DNA of 46,856 nt, taken from the IMG/VR virus record IMGVR_UViG_3300016665_000380, positions 1 to 46,856 of that record; one strand, written 5' to 3'. The position numbers and the translations under genes were made by a program. The DNA is from a virus. Shown piece after piece: positions 46,809 through 46,856 of this stretch. Each line of letters starts with the position of its first letter. Positions within the stretch are counted from its first letter, which is position 1. The notes beneath the pieces were generated by a model. The model was not told where the DNA came from. It made no database searches and saw only the letters and a list, made by a program, of their open reading frames with translations.

Positions 46809-46856
46809 GGATTTTGTTTGATTGATTTTGACTGACGAATTCTACCTACCGTCGCC
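46612..46856. repeat. Terminal direct repeat, right copy (identical to 1..245)
   Basis: See the left copy. The window ends at the base equivalent to 245, which is inside the loop of the hairpin at 231..254. Confidence 0.95.

Overview
This window is one complete tailed dsDNA phage genome. Bases 1-245 recur exactly at 46612-46856, so the unique unit is 46611 bp. I call about 85 protein genes. I recognised no rRNA, tRNA, CRISPR array, integrase, repressor, RNA polymerase, DNA polymerase or endolysin. The genome has four blocks. (i) A minus-strand early/middle block starts at the repeat-dense divergent control region (about 1061-1176), runs left through 266, crosses the artificial contig junction and continues down to 29558. 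It holds many small ORFans, a C5-cytosine methyltransferase (42036-43049) and a recombination set of Bet/RecT-like annealase, PD-(D/E)XK exonuclease and DUF669-like SSB (38601-40682). It also holds ThyX (37858-38535), a chain of small genes joined by 12 consecutive 4-nt ATGA/GTGA overlaps (34393-38535), an SF2 helicase, SSB, a RuvC-like resolvase and an AEP-primase/helicase fusion (29558-31375). (ii) A plus-strand block (1234-9026) holds an HTH/TerS-like protein, a G-rich tandem repeat, a nuclease-fold protein and the major capsid protein with tandem terminators. It continues with fibre-associated proteins, a 960-aa LamG-repeat tail fibre, two holin-like proteins and small envelope-directed ORFs. 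(iii) A minus-strand head block (18898-9091) holds the large terminase, a Cys-rich protein, the portal, a five-gene glycosyltransferase/methyltransferase cassette and a scaffolding-like protein. (iv) A plus-strand tail and internal-protein block spans 18953-29571; its content looks podovirus-like, with no tail tube, sheath or tape-measure chaperone signature. The items most worth follow-up are: the glycosylation/methylation cassette inside the head operon; covarying GNRA-capped RNA hairpins and a conserved non-SD leader in the early operon; a 16-nt stop/SD/start junction reused between consecutive small genes; a hairpin plus 4+3 G-rich repeat array beside the TerS-like gene; and the 245-bp terminal repeat, whose boundary falls in a hairpin loop. 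All product names come from motif recognition by eye. No database search, folding program or statistics were run, and hand-derived start codons are marked as such.
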